NCBI GenBank assembly: GCA_016190205.1
Contig: JACPQZ010000045.1
Span: 33,923-97,922 of the forward strand
Length of the DNA: 64,000 bases
Source: Candidatus Omnitrophota bacterium
GTDB lineage: Bacteria; Omnitrophota; JACPQZ01
Direction: 5' to 3'
In this document: in pieces, positions 39,013 to 47,832 of the stretch
Layout: every line of letters starts with the position of its first letter
How positions within the stretch are numbered: position 1 is the stretch's first letter
Notes under the pieces: generated by a model
Seen by the model: only the letters and a program-made list of their open reading frames with translations
What the model was told of the DNA's origin: nothing
Databases searched by the model: none
Made by a program: the position numbers and the translations under genes

Positions 39013-40355
39013 CCGTAGAATTTATGGACCGGTTCATGAGCTGGGTGCATGATGAGAACGCCATCTGGGTACATATGGGGCCGCAGGCGCGAGAGGCCCT
39101 CGGCATGCCCGCCTTTCAGCCTCTACCCTTTATTCGCGGCGCGTCCCTGCCTGAGCTTAAACACTGGCTTTCCGGATCCCGCCGACCGGTGCACTGCCTG
39201 CCCTATGAAGCCATGCCCCTTTTGGAAGATATGGCGCGGGAATACACCGACCTGCGCATCCTCTGCCCTCCGCAGCGCATCAAGGCCAAATTTGACGATA
39301 GGGCATTTGTCCGCGATATGCTTCCCCGCATAGGAGTCCGGACGCTTCGCGGGGAAGGCGCGCAACTGGACGTCCTTGATTTTCGTGCCTGTACAGAACA
39401 TTATGGTGTTCCGTTCGCGATTCAATTTCCATACCGCACCGGCAAAGAAGTGCATGCGGTGACCGACCCCCGAGACCTCAAGTCGCTCAAGGAAAAATTT
39501 GGCGGCATTCCCGTCCATGTTACGGTGTACGCCGCCGGCCCCTTCATCAACACGCACGCCGTCATCCTGGAAGACCGCCGGGGCCTTCACGTGCTCGCGG
39601 GCCCTCTATCTGTAGAGTTCAGAGGCAACCGCGAGACCTCCCCCGCGGGCATCACTCCTATCGGAAGTGATTTTCGGGCCATGGAAAGAATCCCCTTGGC
39701 GAGACTGATTGAAATTCAACAGCTCGCACGTCGCATCGGCAAGTGGATGGCGGAGCAGGGTTATCGGGGGCTCTACGGTGCCGATTTCTCGGTCGGCGAC
39801 CACGCGACCCTCGTTGCGCTCCGGCCCTCGTTGCAACCCTCCACTTCGCTCGTGACGCAGCTCTGTTACGAAAGGAAGGAGGCGCTTCATCTGGCCGCAC
39901 ACATGGCCCAATTTTTTCCGAGCGCCCCAAGACCCACGCCCCGGGAAAGGTCTCGTCAATATGAACTCTCCTTCGTCCCTCTTAAAGGCTCCCAGCTCAT
40001 CCTGTACAATGATGGCAGTGAAAATCTGCGTGTGACAAACTCCCTGCGGGAGGGAGTCTACCGCCCGGGGGCGGGAGCGCCCCGTTATATACGTCCGGGC
40101 GCGTCCATCTCGGAGCTCAAAGACGAACAGGAATTCCTGATCCTGTGCGGGTCACCCGGACGGGCCGAACTCTTTGACCCAGGGGCCCGGCTCATCACCC
40201 TTCAGGCCAGGACCTCGTTTTTCGCACCTGATTTGAAGAATCTTACACCCCGGTTCCGCGGGCTTTGCGACGAGCTGATCCGAACCTTAAACCCTAAACC
40301 GGAGAAAGGTCTTGTAGCGGATTCAGCACTCTTGTATACTAACAGTGATACGTAA
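39009..40355 (+). CDS. Hypothetical ATP-grasp-like protein
   Basis: 'KAKFDDRAFVRDMLPRIGVRT' (ATP-grasp linker-like), 'IPVHVTVYAAGP', 'GLYGADFSV'. About 150-aa C-terminal extension of unknown fold. Assignment tentative. Confidence 0.35.
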   Translation: MTVEFMDRFMSWVHDENAIWVHMGPQAREALGMPAFQPLPFIRGASLPELKHWLSGSRRPVHCLPYEAMPLLEDMAREYTDLRILCPPQRIKAKFDDRAFVRDMLPRIGVRTLRGEGAQLDVLDFRACTEHYGVPFAIQFPYRTGKEVHAVTDPRDLKSLKEKFGGIPVHVTVYAAGPFINTHAVILEDRRGLHVLAGPLSVEFRGNRETSPAGITPIGSDFRAMERIPLARLIEIQQLARRIGKWMAEQGYRGLYGADFSVGDHATLVALRPSLQPSTSLVTQLCYERKEALHLAAHMAQFFPSAPRPTPRERSRQYELSFVPLKGSQLILYNDGSENLRVTNSLREGVYRPGAGAPRYIRPGASISELKDEQEFLILCGSPGRAELFDPGARLITLQARTSFFAPDLKNLTPRFRGLCDELIRTLNPKPEKGLVADSALLYTNSDT

Positions 40356-40395
40356 ACAATCCGATCAGGCTAACGGCGATGCCTGACAAAATGCC

Positions 40396-41886
40396 ATGCC
40401 CCCAACATACCGTAACTATATAGACGGTAAGTGGATCCCGTCAACTTCCTGCCACGTTATCCGAGACTTAAACCCCGCTGATTTTAGAGACTGTCTGGGC
40501 GAGTTTCCCGAATCGGGACCGGATGAAATCAGCCAAGCAGTCCGCGCAGCCCACAGGGCCTTTGCATCCTGGAGACGTGTCCCCGCGCCCGCAAGGGGAG
40601 AATTCGTGGCGCGCTGGGGGGAGCTCATTGCGCGCGATGAGGAAGCGCTCGCCCGCCTCATTACGATGGAAAACGGCAAGACGCTTCAGGAATCGAAAAG
40701 CGAAGTGAAGGAGGCCTTCGACTTCGCACGCTTCATGAGCGCCCAGGCCCGCCTCATCGAAGGGTCCACATTTCCTTCTCAGCATGAACGTCGTCTGCTC
40801 ATGACGTTAAGACAGCCTGTCGGCGTGACGGCCCTGATCACCCCCTGGAATTTTCCGATTCTGATACCCTGCTGGAAGCTGTTTCCAGCCCTCATCTGCG
40901 GCAATACCGTTATCCTCAAGCCTGCTGAAGAGTGCCCGCTCGCAGCCCACCGCCTGGTTGAACTCGCCGCCGAGGCGGGCCTCGCGCCCGGGGTAGTCAA
41001 CTTGATACATGGCTCCGGAGAGGGGACCGGGCGGACCCTCGTCAAACACCCCGGAGTGGCCCTCGTATCCTTCACCGGCTCTACAGAAACGGGCCGCCGG
41101 ATTGCCCAAGAGTGTGCGCTCAGCCTCAAGCGCCACGTCCTCGAGCTGGGCGGCAAAAACGCGCAGATCGTGCTCGCAGACGCGGATCTTACGGAAGCAG
41201 TCGAGGGGGCCGTCGTCGGGGCTTACAAAACGACAGGCCAGCGCTGTACGGCAACCAGCCGAATCATTGTGGAACAGACCGTAGCCGGCTCATTCAGTGA
41301 ACGCTTTCTGGAACGCACGAAACAGATACGCGTGGGTAACGGGCTCGACGCGAATGTCGACATGGGCCCGCTGGTCAGCGAATCCAGGCGCAAGCGGGTC
41401 CACGCCTATGTCGAAGCGGGACGGCGGGAGGGGGCCCATTTGCTTCTGGGCGGTTACTTCTACGAGAGCGAGCCGTTGGCCCAGGGCGCCTTTTATCCCC
41501 CTACGGTGTTTGACTCGGTCAAACCCGGTATGGCCATCGCCCGGGAGGAAATCTTCGGGCCCGTAATCTGCCTCATGGAAGCGGAAGATCTCGAGGCGGC
41601 CCTATTAGACTTAAACAATAACCCCTACGGACTTTCCGCCTCCGTCTATACCAGTAACATGCACACGGCGCTCGAGGCAGTGGAGCGCATTGAGGCGGGT
41701 CTCGTGTACATCAACAGCCCAACCACGGGATCGGAGCTCCATATGCCTTTTGGCGGGGTAAAGGCAACGGGTGACGGACACCGCGAGGCGGGCCGCTACG
41801 GCTTGAACATTTTCAGCGAGTGGAAAAGCGCGTATATCAACTATGGGCGGCGCGTCTCAAGGGTCGAGCTTCAAACCCCTGCATGA
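40396..41886 (+). CDS. NAD(P)-dependent aldehyde dehydrogenase
   Basis: 'ITPWNFP', 'ELGGKNAQIV' (catalytic Glu), 'GQRCTATSRIIV' (catalytic Cys), 'EEIFGPV'. Confidence 0.85.
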   Translation: MPPTYRNYIDGKWIPSTSCHVIRDLNPADFRDCLGEFPESGPDEISQAVRAAHRAFASWRRVPAPARGEFVARWGELIARDEEALARLITMENGKTLQESKSEVKEAFDFARFMSAQARLIEGSTFPSQHERRLLMTLRQPVGVTALITPWNFPILIPCWKLFPALICGNTVILKPAEECPLAAHRLVELAAEAGLAPGVVNLIHGSGEGTGRTLVKHPGVALVSFTGSTETGRRIAQECALSLKRHVLELGGKNAQIVLADADLTEAVEGAVVGAYKTTGQRCTATSRIIVEQTVAGSFSERFLERTKQIRVGNGLDANVDMGPLVSESRRKRVHAYVEAGRREGAHLLLGGYFYESEPLAQGAFYPPTVFDSVKPGMAIAREEIFGPVICLMEAEDLEAALLDLNNNPYGLSASVYTSNMHTALEAVERIEAGLVYINSPTTGSELHMPFGGVKATGDGHREAGRYGLNIFSEWKSAYINYGRRVSRVELQTPA

Positions 41887-42221
41887 AGCTCGCCCTTTCA
41901 CTACTCGCCGCGGCGATCTTGTCGGCTGGCTGTATCGCGCGAACACTGTATGTAAAATCGTCCCCGCCGGGGGCGGCGATCACCGTCAACCACGAGCTGA
42001 AGGGGACGACCCCCCTCACGCTGCCGTTTGATTACTACGGCACGTACCGTCTGCGGTTCGAACTGGAGGGGTACGAACCACTGGAGGTTAAGGAGAAAAT
42101 CAAGGGTCCTTGGTATGATTGGTTTCCCATAGACCTGGTAACCGAAATCTTACCGCTCGACTTAAAGGTGGAACGCAGCCTGACTTATAACCTGGCAGAA
42201 AAGAAAACACTAGAGCCCTAG
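41883..42221 (+). CDS. PEGA-domain lipoprotein
   Basis: Lipobox 'ILSAGC'. 'LYVKSSPPGAAITVNHELKGTTPLTL...GTYRLRFELEGYEP' PEGA-like beta-sandwich. Confidence 0.5.
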   Translation: MKLALSLLAAAILSAGCIARTLYVKSSPPGAAITVNHELKGTTPLTLPFDYYGTYRLRFELEGYEPLEVKEKIKGPWYDWFPIDLVTEILPLDLKVERSLTYNLAEKKTLEP

Positions 42222-42235
42222 AGGAGGGGTCCTCC

Positions 42236-42601
42236 ATGGAAACCGCCGTTCAAGAAAGAAGGGAATCTCAACGCTTGCCGGATTCCCTTGTTGTCCGGCA
42301 CCGGGTACTGGGGTCAAGGTCAAACAAGGAACGCTCGGTCACTAAGAACTTGAGTTTTCACGGCGTGGGTCTTCCTACCAGCCGGCGCCTGTCCCTTCGG
42401 TCGGTGGTAGAGATGGAAATTATCATCCCCATGCAAATCCTGCCGATCTTTGCCCTGGGTGAAGTCATGTGGATGAAGGAGACCTGGGAGAACGCGCGCC
42501 GTTTGTATGACATCGGCCTTCGCATCACAGACATCGACGAGTTTGACGAAGACAGAATTCAAAAATATATTCAGGTACGTTCCTGCGAGACCCAAGGATG
42601 A
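42236..42601 (+). CDS. Single-domain PilZ protein (c-di-GMP receptor)
   Basis: 'RRESQRL' (RxxxR) and 'NLSFHGVGL' (D/NxSxxG) motifs. Confidence 0.6.
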   Translation: METAVQERRESQRLPDSLVVRHRVLGSRSNKERSVTKNLSFHGVGLPTSRRLSLRSVVEMEIIIPMQILPIFALGEVMWMKETWENARRLYDIGLRITDIDEFDEDRIQKYIQVRSCETQG

Positions 42602-42954
42602 AACAGGACCACCGTAAATTCCTGCGTTTCGAGGCCCCCCTGGACGCCCGCCTCCGTGTCCACGGCGAGAGGTCGCCGGCCCCCACTCCCATCCATGACG
42701 TCAGTAAGGAGGGTCTGCGACTCACTGCAAAACAAGTACTGCCCCAGGGGACAGAGGTCAAGCTGGAGATCATCCTCCCGGGAGAGCTGGTTCCTTTGTT
42801 CGCAGAGGCCCGTGTGCGCTGGTGCCAGCCGGCCCGGGAAGCGTGGCGCAGGGAGCATGACACAGGTTTGGAGATTACACGTATGGATCCTTTTGACCGC
42901 TCCCGGTTGCTCGATTTTGCGTACGAGAAATGGTTGCACACCCACATTCGCTGA
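42598..42954 (+). CDS. Single-domain PilZ protein (c-di-GMP receptor), tandem paralogue
   Basis: 'HRKFLRF' (RxxxR) and 'DVSKEGL' (DxSxxG). Start overlaps the upstream stop (ATGA). Confidence 0.6.
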   Translation: MKQDHRKFLRFEAPLDARLRVHGERSPAPTPIHDVSKEGLRLTAKQVLPQGTEVKLEIILPGELVPLFAEARVRWCQPAREAWRREHDTGLEITRMDPFDRSRLLDFAYEKWLHTHIR

Positions 42955-43027
42955 TGTATAATAACGCCACTTTATACGTCTATCCTAAAGTCAATGCGTT
43001 ATGCATCGTTATGGGGGAGGATAACAC

Positions 43028-43366
43028 ATGAAGCATGGGCTCGTAAAAATCACATCCCGAGCTGCCATCGTCCTATCGCTGGCCCTTGTCCTGGGTCCTA
43101 TTTGTCAGGCAGAGGCGGCGGATAATGCCGGTGGTAAGTTCGGGCGCGGTCTCGTCAACGTGGCGACCGGGTGGATGGAAGTATTCGCCAATATCATTGA
43201 GGTTTCCAAGGAGGAGAATCCCTTCCTGGGAATCACAGTAGGTACAGTTAAGGGTGTGGGCATGACACTGGCCCGCACGGGGAGTGGTCTTTTTGACGTT
43301 ATTACAGCTCCCTTTGAACCATACGACGAGCCTTTGGTGACGCCTGATTACGTCTGGAGTGAATAG
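43028..43366 (+). CDS. Small secreted protein, paralogue family A (TIGR04073-like)
   Basis: Signal peptide plus 'GGKFGRGLVNVATGWMEV...GTVKGVGMTLARTGSGLFDVITAPFEPYDEPLVTPDYV'. Aligns with 3726 and 55307. Confidence 0.5.
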   Translation: MKHGLVKITSRAAIVLSLALVLGPICQAEAADNAGGKFGRGLVNVATGWMEVFANIIEVSKEENPFLGITVGTVKGVGMTLARTGSGLFDVITAPFEPYDEPLVTPDYVWSE

Positions 43367-43390
43367 CAGTAATTTCCAGTTTCATAAAAA

Positions 43391-43420
43391 GGGTTCCCTT
43401 CAAGGGAACTCTTTTTTTGC
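43391..43420 (+). terminator. Rho-independent terminator
   Basis: GTTCCC-ttcaa-GGGAAC hairpin followed by TCTTTTTTT. Confidence 0.55.
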
Positions 43421-43545
43421 TTTGTCTTAAAGACATTAGTAAATAAAAGTAAACATATTTATTATGACCTTTTGCGACCCAGATCTTGACTTTGCATAAA
43501 AAAACCAGGTATTTTTGAAGTGAACGATAACCTATTAGGGGGTTT

Positions 43546-44649
43546 ATGGAACGGGCAATCCTGGTATTAGAATCGGGCACCAAGCGAATCATCGATTTTA
43601 ACCATCATACCATCCGCCTGCTTCGTTTCGTCCCGAAGGAGCTCCTGGCGCTTTCATTCCAGGACTTTTTCTCTCGCGACGTAAAGGATTTCGTCTTGGA
43701 GGGGTACCTGAAGGCCCTCCACAAATCTCAATGCCGTGTGGATCAGGTCCTGATCAACCGAAAAGACGGTCCGCCCGTACCTGTAAGCATAGAATATCAA
43801 TGTCCAGATCCCAAGGGGAACGTGACGGTAATTATTTACCCCCTGTCAGACCAAAACGGCAACGGGGAATGGGATCCGCAGCAGGAGCTTACAGAGCTCC
43901 GGCAGGCATACCGGCGCCTTTCGGACTTGAACCTAACACTGAAGAAGAGGATTACACACCTGGCAGAGGTGCTCGCGCTTGCGGACGCCCGTTTCGATTC
44001 CGCGCAGGATGAGATGACAGAATCCCTCAGACAAAAGGAGGGCACGAAGAAAGAATGCCTGTCTCTCATGGCTTCGATCATCCGCTCCGTGGAAGAGCGC
44101 GATCCTTTGTCACGCGGCCACTCAGACCGCGTGGTGGTCTTCGCCTTCGAGATTGCGCAGGCCCTCAAACGCCCGGAAAAGGAGCTGGACATCATTCACA
44201 ATTACGGAGCGCTTTACGACATCGGTAAGGTGGGCATTGCGGAGGCCACGCTCACCAAACAAAACCCGCTGACCGACGAAGAAAGGCTTCTCATCACGGA
44301 TCACCCTGTGATCGGAACAAGAATCTTAAAGCACATACCGTGGATGGAGCCTGGTCTTGACCTCGTCCGACACCATCATGAGCGTTATGACGGATCCGGG
44401 TATCCCGATGGTCTCAAGGGCAAAGACATCCCGCTCCTGGCGCGTATTTTCATGGTCGCCGATGCCTTTGAGGCCATGACCCGTGACCGCGCGTACCGCA
44501 GGCGCCTTCCGGTCTTCAAGGCTATTCAGGAACTGGAACGACTTCAGGGAGCGCAGTTTGATCCCGGCATCGTAGATACCTTCAAAAACAAAGTCCTCTC
44601 ATCTCAACCCCACCTCCTCAACGAAACGAACGACGAATCCGCAGCCTGA
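43546..44649 (+). CDS. HD-GYP c-di-GMP phosphodiesterase with N-terminal sensory (PAS-like) region
   Basis: 'HSDRVV...YDIGKVGIAEATL' and 'HHHERYDGSGYPDGL' HD-GYP signature. Confidence 0.8.
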   Translation: MERAILVLESGTKRIIDFNHHTIRLLRFVPKELLALSFQDFFSRDVKDFVLEGYLKALHKSQCRVDQVLINRKDGPPVPVSIEYQCPDPKGNVTVIIYPLSDQNGNGEWDPQQELTELRQAYRRLSDLNLTLKKRITHLAEVLALADARFDSAQDEMTESLRQKEGTKKECLSLMASIIRSVEERDPLSRGHSDRVVVFAFEIAQALKRPEKELDIIHNYGALYDIGKVGIAEATLTKQNPLTDEERLLITDHPVIGTRILKHIPWMEPGLDLVRHHHERYDGSGYPDGLKGKDIPLLARIFMVADAFEAMTRDRAYRRRLPVFKAIQELERLQGAQFDPGIVDTFKNKVLSSQPHLLNETNDESAA

Positions 44650-44892
44650 GAAAACTTGAGACTATAGACCTGAGACCCGAGACCCAAAGTCAAAGGTACA
44701 GCTGCCCGCCGCCTTGCCAGTTTCTTGTCTCGTGTCTCTTGTCTCGTGTCTCTTGTCTCGTGTCTAAAGTCTCCTTAGCCTGAGAAGACTTGAGACTATA
44801 GACCTGAGACCCGAGACCCAAAGTCAAAGGTACTGCTGCCCGCCGCCTTGCCAGTTTCTTGTCTCGTGTCTCTTGTCTCGTGTCTAAAGTCT
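44646..44892. repeat. Tandem duplication, 2 x about 122 bp, each unit internally pseudo-palindromic and rich in GAGACCC/GAGACAC heptamers
   Basis: Units start near 44646 and 44768 and are nearly identical (cttgagactatagacctgagacccgagacccaaagtcaaaggtac.gctgcccgccgccttgccagtttcttgtctcgtgtctc...). Confidence 0.85.
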
Positions 44893-44989
44893 CCTTGCGA
44901 TTGACTTCACGAGCAGTCTATGATATTTTGACGGTGCCGTTACCTGCCGGCTGACCTCTTTTTGACTACCTGACAACGTTAGCAAGTGA

Positions 44990-47440
44990 ATGCTTTTGTT
45001 TGAAGAATTCGTCACGCGTTTAAGCGACTTCGTTTGGGGCCCTCCCTCCATCCTCCTCCTCATTGGGACGGGAATCCTCCTTTCCTTCCGCACAGGTCTC
45101 ATCCAGCTAAAAAAATTCGGTCTTGGCCTGAAGATTATTCGCGGTGACTACGATGACCCCGGGATCGCCGGCGACGTCAGCCACTATCAGGCCCTCTCCA
45201 CAGCCCTGGCGGCCACGATCGGCACGGGCAATATCGTGGGCGTCGCTACGGCCATCGCGGTGGGGGGGCCAGGCGCCGTGTTTTGGATGTGGATTACAGC
45301 CCTGGTGGGAATGGCGACCAAGTATTCCTGCTGCCTCCTCGCCCTGCGTTACCGAACGACCGACCCATCGGGACACATAAGCGGCGGGCCCATGTACTAT
45401 CTGGAAAGGGGACTGGGCCTCAAGGCCCTCGGCCGGCTTTTTGCACTGTGCACGGTGGCTGCCGCCCTCGGCATCGGCAACCTGGTGCAGTCCCACTCCG
45501 CCGCCGATTACCTGCACAACACCTTCTCCATCCCGCAAGGGGTTACGAGCGTCGCCCTGGCCGTCCTCGTGGGTTTGGTTATTATCGGCGGGATCCGCCG
45601 CATCGCTCATGTGGCAAGCTTCCTGGTTCCTTTCATGTGCGCGTTTTACACCCTGGCGTGCTTGGTGGTGCTGGTACTTAACATCTCAAAGATTCCCGAG
45701 GCCCTGGGACTCATCTTTAAGCACGCCTTTACCCCTCTGGGGGCAACCGGAGGCTTTTTGGGGTCGAGCGTGCTCCTCACCATGCGCATGGGGGTCGCGC
45801 GCGGTATCTTCTCCAACGAGGCGGGCCTGGGAAGCGCCCCCATCGCCCACGCAGCCGCCAAGACCAAAGAACCGGTCAGGGAGGGGCTCGTAGCCATGAT
45901 GGGGCCTTTCATTGATACGATCCTGGTTTGCACCCTGACCGCGCTCGTCATAATCACCACCGGCGTATGGAGGGAAGGTCTGGATGGGGCCACCCTGTCC
46001 GCGCAGGCCTTCCACAGAGGACTGGGGATTTGGGGAGAGCGGGGAGTGGCCTTGAGCCTGCTGCTCTTCGTCTACACCACGATCATAGGCTGGTTTTACT
46101 ACGGCGACCGCGCACTGTATTATCTCACGGGGCCCCGGTACGCAACCGCCTACAAATGGCTCTGGACTTCGCTCGTGGCCGTCGGGGCCGTAGTCCAACT
46201 CAAGACGGTCTGGAATCTGGCCGACATTGCGAACGGGTTTATGGCCTTCCCCAATTTGGTGGGCCTCATCGGCCTGTCCGGTGTGGTCTCAAAGTCGACG
46301 CGGGATTATTTTGAACGCGTCAAGCGCGTCACGCCCCTGGTAGGCACGCACGAGCGCCTCGGGGGCCGCATGACGGACTTCCATGGCTGGTACCTTCCGC
46401 TTCAGTACTCGGGTATCCTGGAAGAGCACCGGGCCGTCCGGCAGGTGGCGGGGCTCTTCGACGCAAGCCACCTCGCCAAGATCCATATCACAGGAGAAGA
46501 CGCGCACAGCTTTGTCCAGAAACTCGTGGTCTCTGATTTATCCCGCATGGGAAGGGGAGATATCCTGTATACCCTGATCACAAATGAGAAGGGTGGCGTG
46601 CTTGACGATATCCTGGTTTATATGCATTCTCACCGTCATTATTTCTTGGTGACGAATGCGGTGCAAAGCGCAAAGGTCATTCCCTGGCTTCAAAAGCACC
46701 GTTTTCCGAACACCCAAATCCGAGACGCGACCCAGGCACTAGGCATGCTGGCCCTCCAGGGGCCGCGGGCCGTTGAGTTCCTTGAGCCGTATCTTAAGGC
46801 CTCTTACAAAAGGTTAAAACTCTATACCTTTGAACAGGGCACTTTTCAGAACAAGATCCCCGTCCTGGTCTCGCGGACCGGCTACACCGGCGAGGACGGA
46901 TTTGAGCTCATCCCTCCGGCAGGTAAATCGGCTTGGGTTTGGAATACGCTCTCGAATACCTTATTGAGCGACGGGACCCCGCTCGTGCCCTGCGGGTTGG
47001 GAGCCCGGGATACTTTACGGCTTGAGGCCGGAAATCTCTTGTCAGGCCAGGACTTTGACGAACGCAATAATCCCTTCGAGATCGGCCTAGGAAAACTTGT
47101 GCACTTCGAAAAACCCTACTTTCTGGGCAGGCCTGCCTTGGCCCGCCTTCATGCCCGGGAACCCCGCACGAGGCTTGCCGCCTTCACCCTGAAGGGGCGG
47201 GCCATCCCGAGATCCGGAAACCCTGTGTTCGGCGCGGGCGCAAGGGCAGGGGAGGTCACCAGCGGATCCTTCGCCCCGACGCTTGGCTACACCATCGGCC
47301 TCGCCCATATCGATTCATCTTTCTCCGCGCCGGGAACAGAGATCGAGATTGAAACGCGCGGCCAGCGCTTTCCCGGAGTCGTCACTTCCAAACCCTTTTA
47401 TCGTCGCAGGGCCCTGACCAGCCTTAAAGGAGCGCATTAA
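44990..47440 (+). CDS. gcvT: Fusion: alanine/glycine:cation symporter (AGCS) + glycine cleavage T protein (aminomethyltransferase)
   Basis: N-terminal about 450 aa carry AGCS motifs ('ALSTALAATIGTGNIVGVATAIAVGGPGAVFWMW', multiple TM helices). C-terminal about 360 aa are GcvT ('LPLQYSGILEEHRAVRQVAGLFDASHLAKIHITG', 'SRTGYTGEDGFEL'). No stop codon between them. Confidence 0.7.
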   Translation: MLLFEEFVTRLSDFVWGPPSILLLIGTGILLSFRTGLIQLKKFGLGLKIIRGDYDDPGIAGDVSHYQALSTALAATIGTGNIVGVATAIAVGGPGAVFWMWITALVGMATKYSCCLLALRYRTTDPSGHISGGPMYYLERGLGLKALGRLFALCTVAAALGIGNLVQSHSAADYLHNTFSIPQGVTSVALAVLVGLVIIGGIRRIAHVASFLVPFMCAFYTLACLVVLVLNISKIPEALGLIFKHAFTPLGATGGFLGSSVLLTMRMGVARGIFSNEAGLGSAPIAHAAAKTKEPVREGLVAMMGPFIDTILVCTLTALVIITTGVWREGLDGATLSAQAFHRGLGIWGERGVALSLLLFVYTTIIGWFYYGDRALYYLTGPRYATAYKWLWTSLVAVGAVVQLKTVWNLADIANGFMAFPNLVGLIGLSGVVSKSTRDYFERVKRVTPLVGTHERLGGRMTDFHGWYLPLQYSGILEEHRAVRQVAGLFDASHLAKIHITGEDAHSFVQKLVVSDLSRMGRGDILYTLITNEKGGVLDDILVYMHSHRHYFLVTNAVQSAKVIPWLQKHRFPNTQIRDATQALGMLALQGPRAVEFLEPYLKASYKRLKLYTFEQGTFQNKIPVLVSRTGYTGEDGFELIPPAGKSAWVWNTLSNTLLSDGTPLVPCGLGARDTLRLEAGNLLSGQDFDERNNPFEIGLGKLVHFEKPYFLGRPALARLHAREPRTRLAAFTLKGRAIPRSGNPVFGAGARAGEVTSGSFAPTLGYTIGLAHIDSSFSAPGTEIEIETRGQRFPGVVTSKPFYRRRALTSLKGAH

Positions 47441-47442
47441 CT

Positions 47443-47829
47443 ATGGAATTTCCCCATGATTTGAAATACACCTCAACGCATGAATGGATACGCATGGACG
47501 GAAACCGCGCCCGCGTGGGTGTCACGAGCTTTGCCGCGCAGGAGCTTTCGGACGTCGTATACGTGGATCTGCCCGAAGTCGGGAAGGAGGTCCAGGCGGG
47601 TCAGGAAGTTTCCGTGGTGGAGTCTGTGAAAGCGGCTTCATCGATCTATGCCCCCCTCGCAGGCAGGGTAGCAGACGTCAACACAGCCCTCAAATCAAAC
47701 CCGGCCCTCTTGAACGAGTCCTGTTATCAAGAGGGATGGATTTTTGAACTTGAGCTTACACCCGGCGCCCCGGCGCAGGGACTTCTCACTTCGAAGGAAT
47801 ACTTAAAAACGCTCGAAGGGGAAAAATAA
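47443..47829 (+). CDS. gcvH: Glycine cleavage system H protein
   Basis: Lipoyl domain 'VSVVESVKAASSIYAPLAG'. 128 aa. Confidence 0.9.
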   Translation: MEFPHDLKYTSTHEWIRMDGNRARVGVTSFAAQELSDVVYVDLPEVGKEVQAGQEVSVVESVKAASSIYAPLAGRVADVNTALKSNPALLNESCYQEGWIFELELTPGAPAQGLLTSKEYLKTLEGEK

Positions 47830-47832
47830 GAA

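Noticed and set aside
44646-44990. Possible tandem glycine riboswitch upstream of gcvT, suggested by two tandem about 120-nt homologous units
   Set aside because: The units lack the conserved glycine-aptamer core sequences and are nearly identical to each other. They belong to the heptamer-repeat family instead. I could not run a covariance model, so a cryptic riboswitch cannot be fully excluded.
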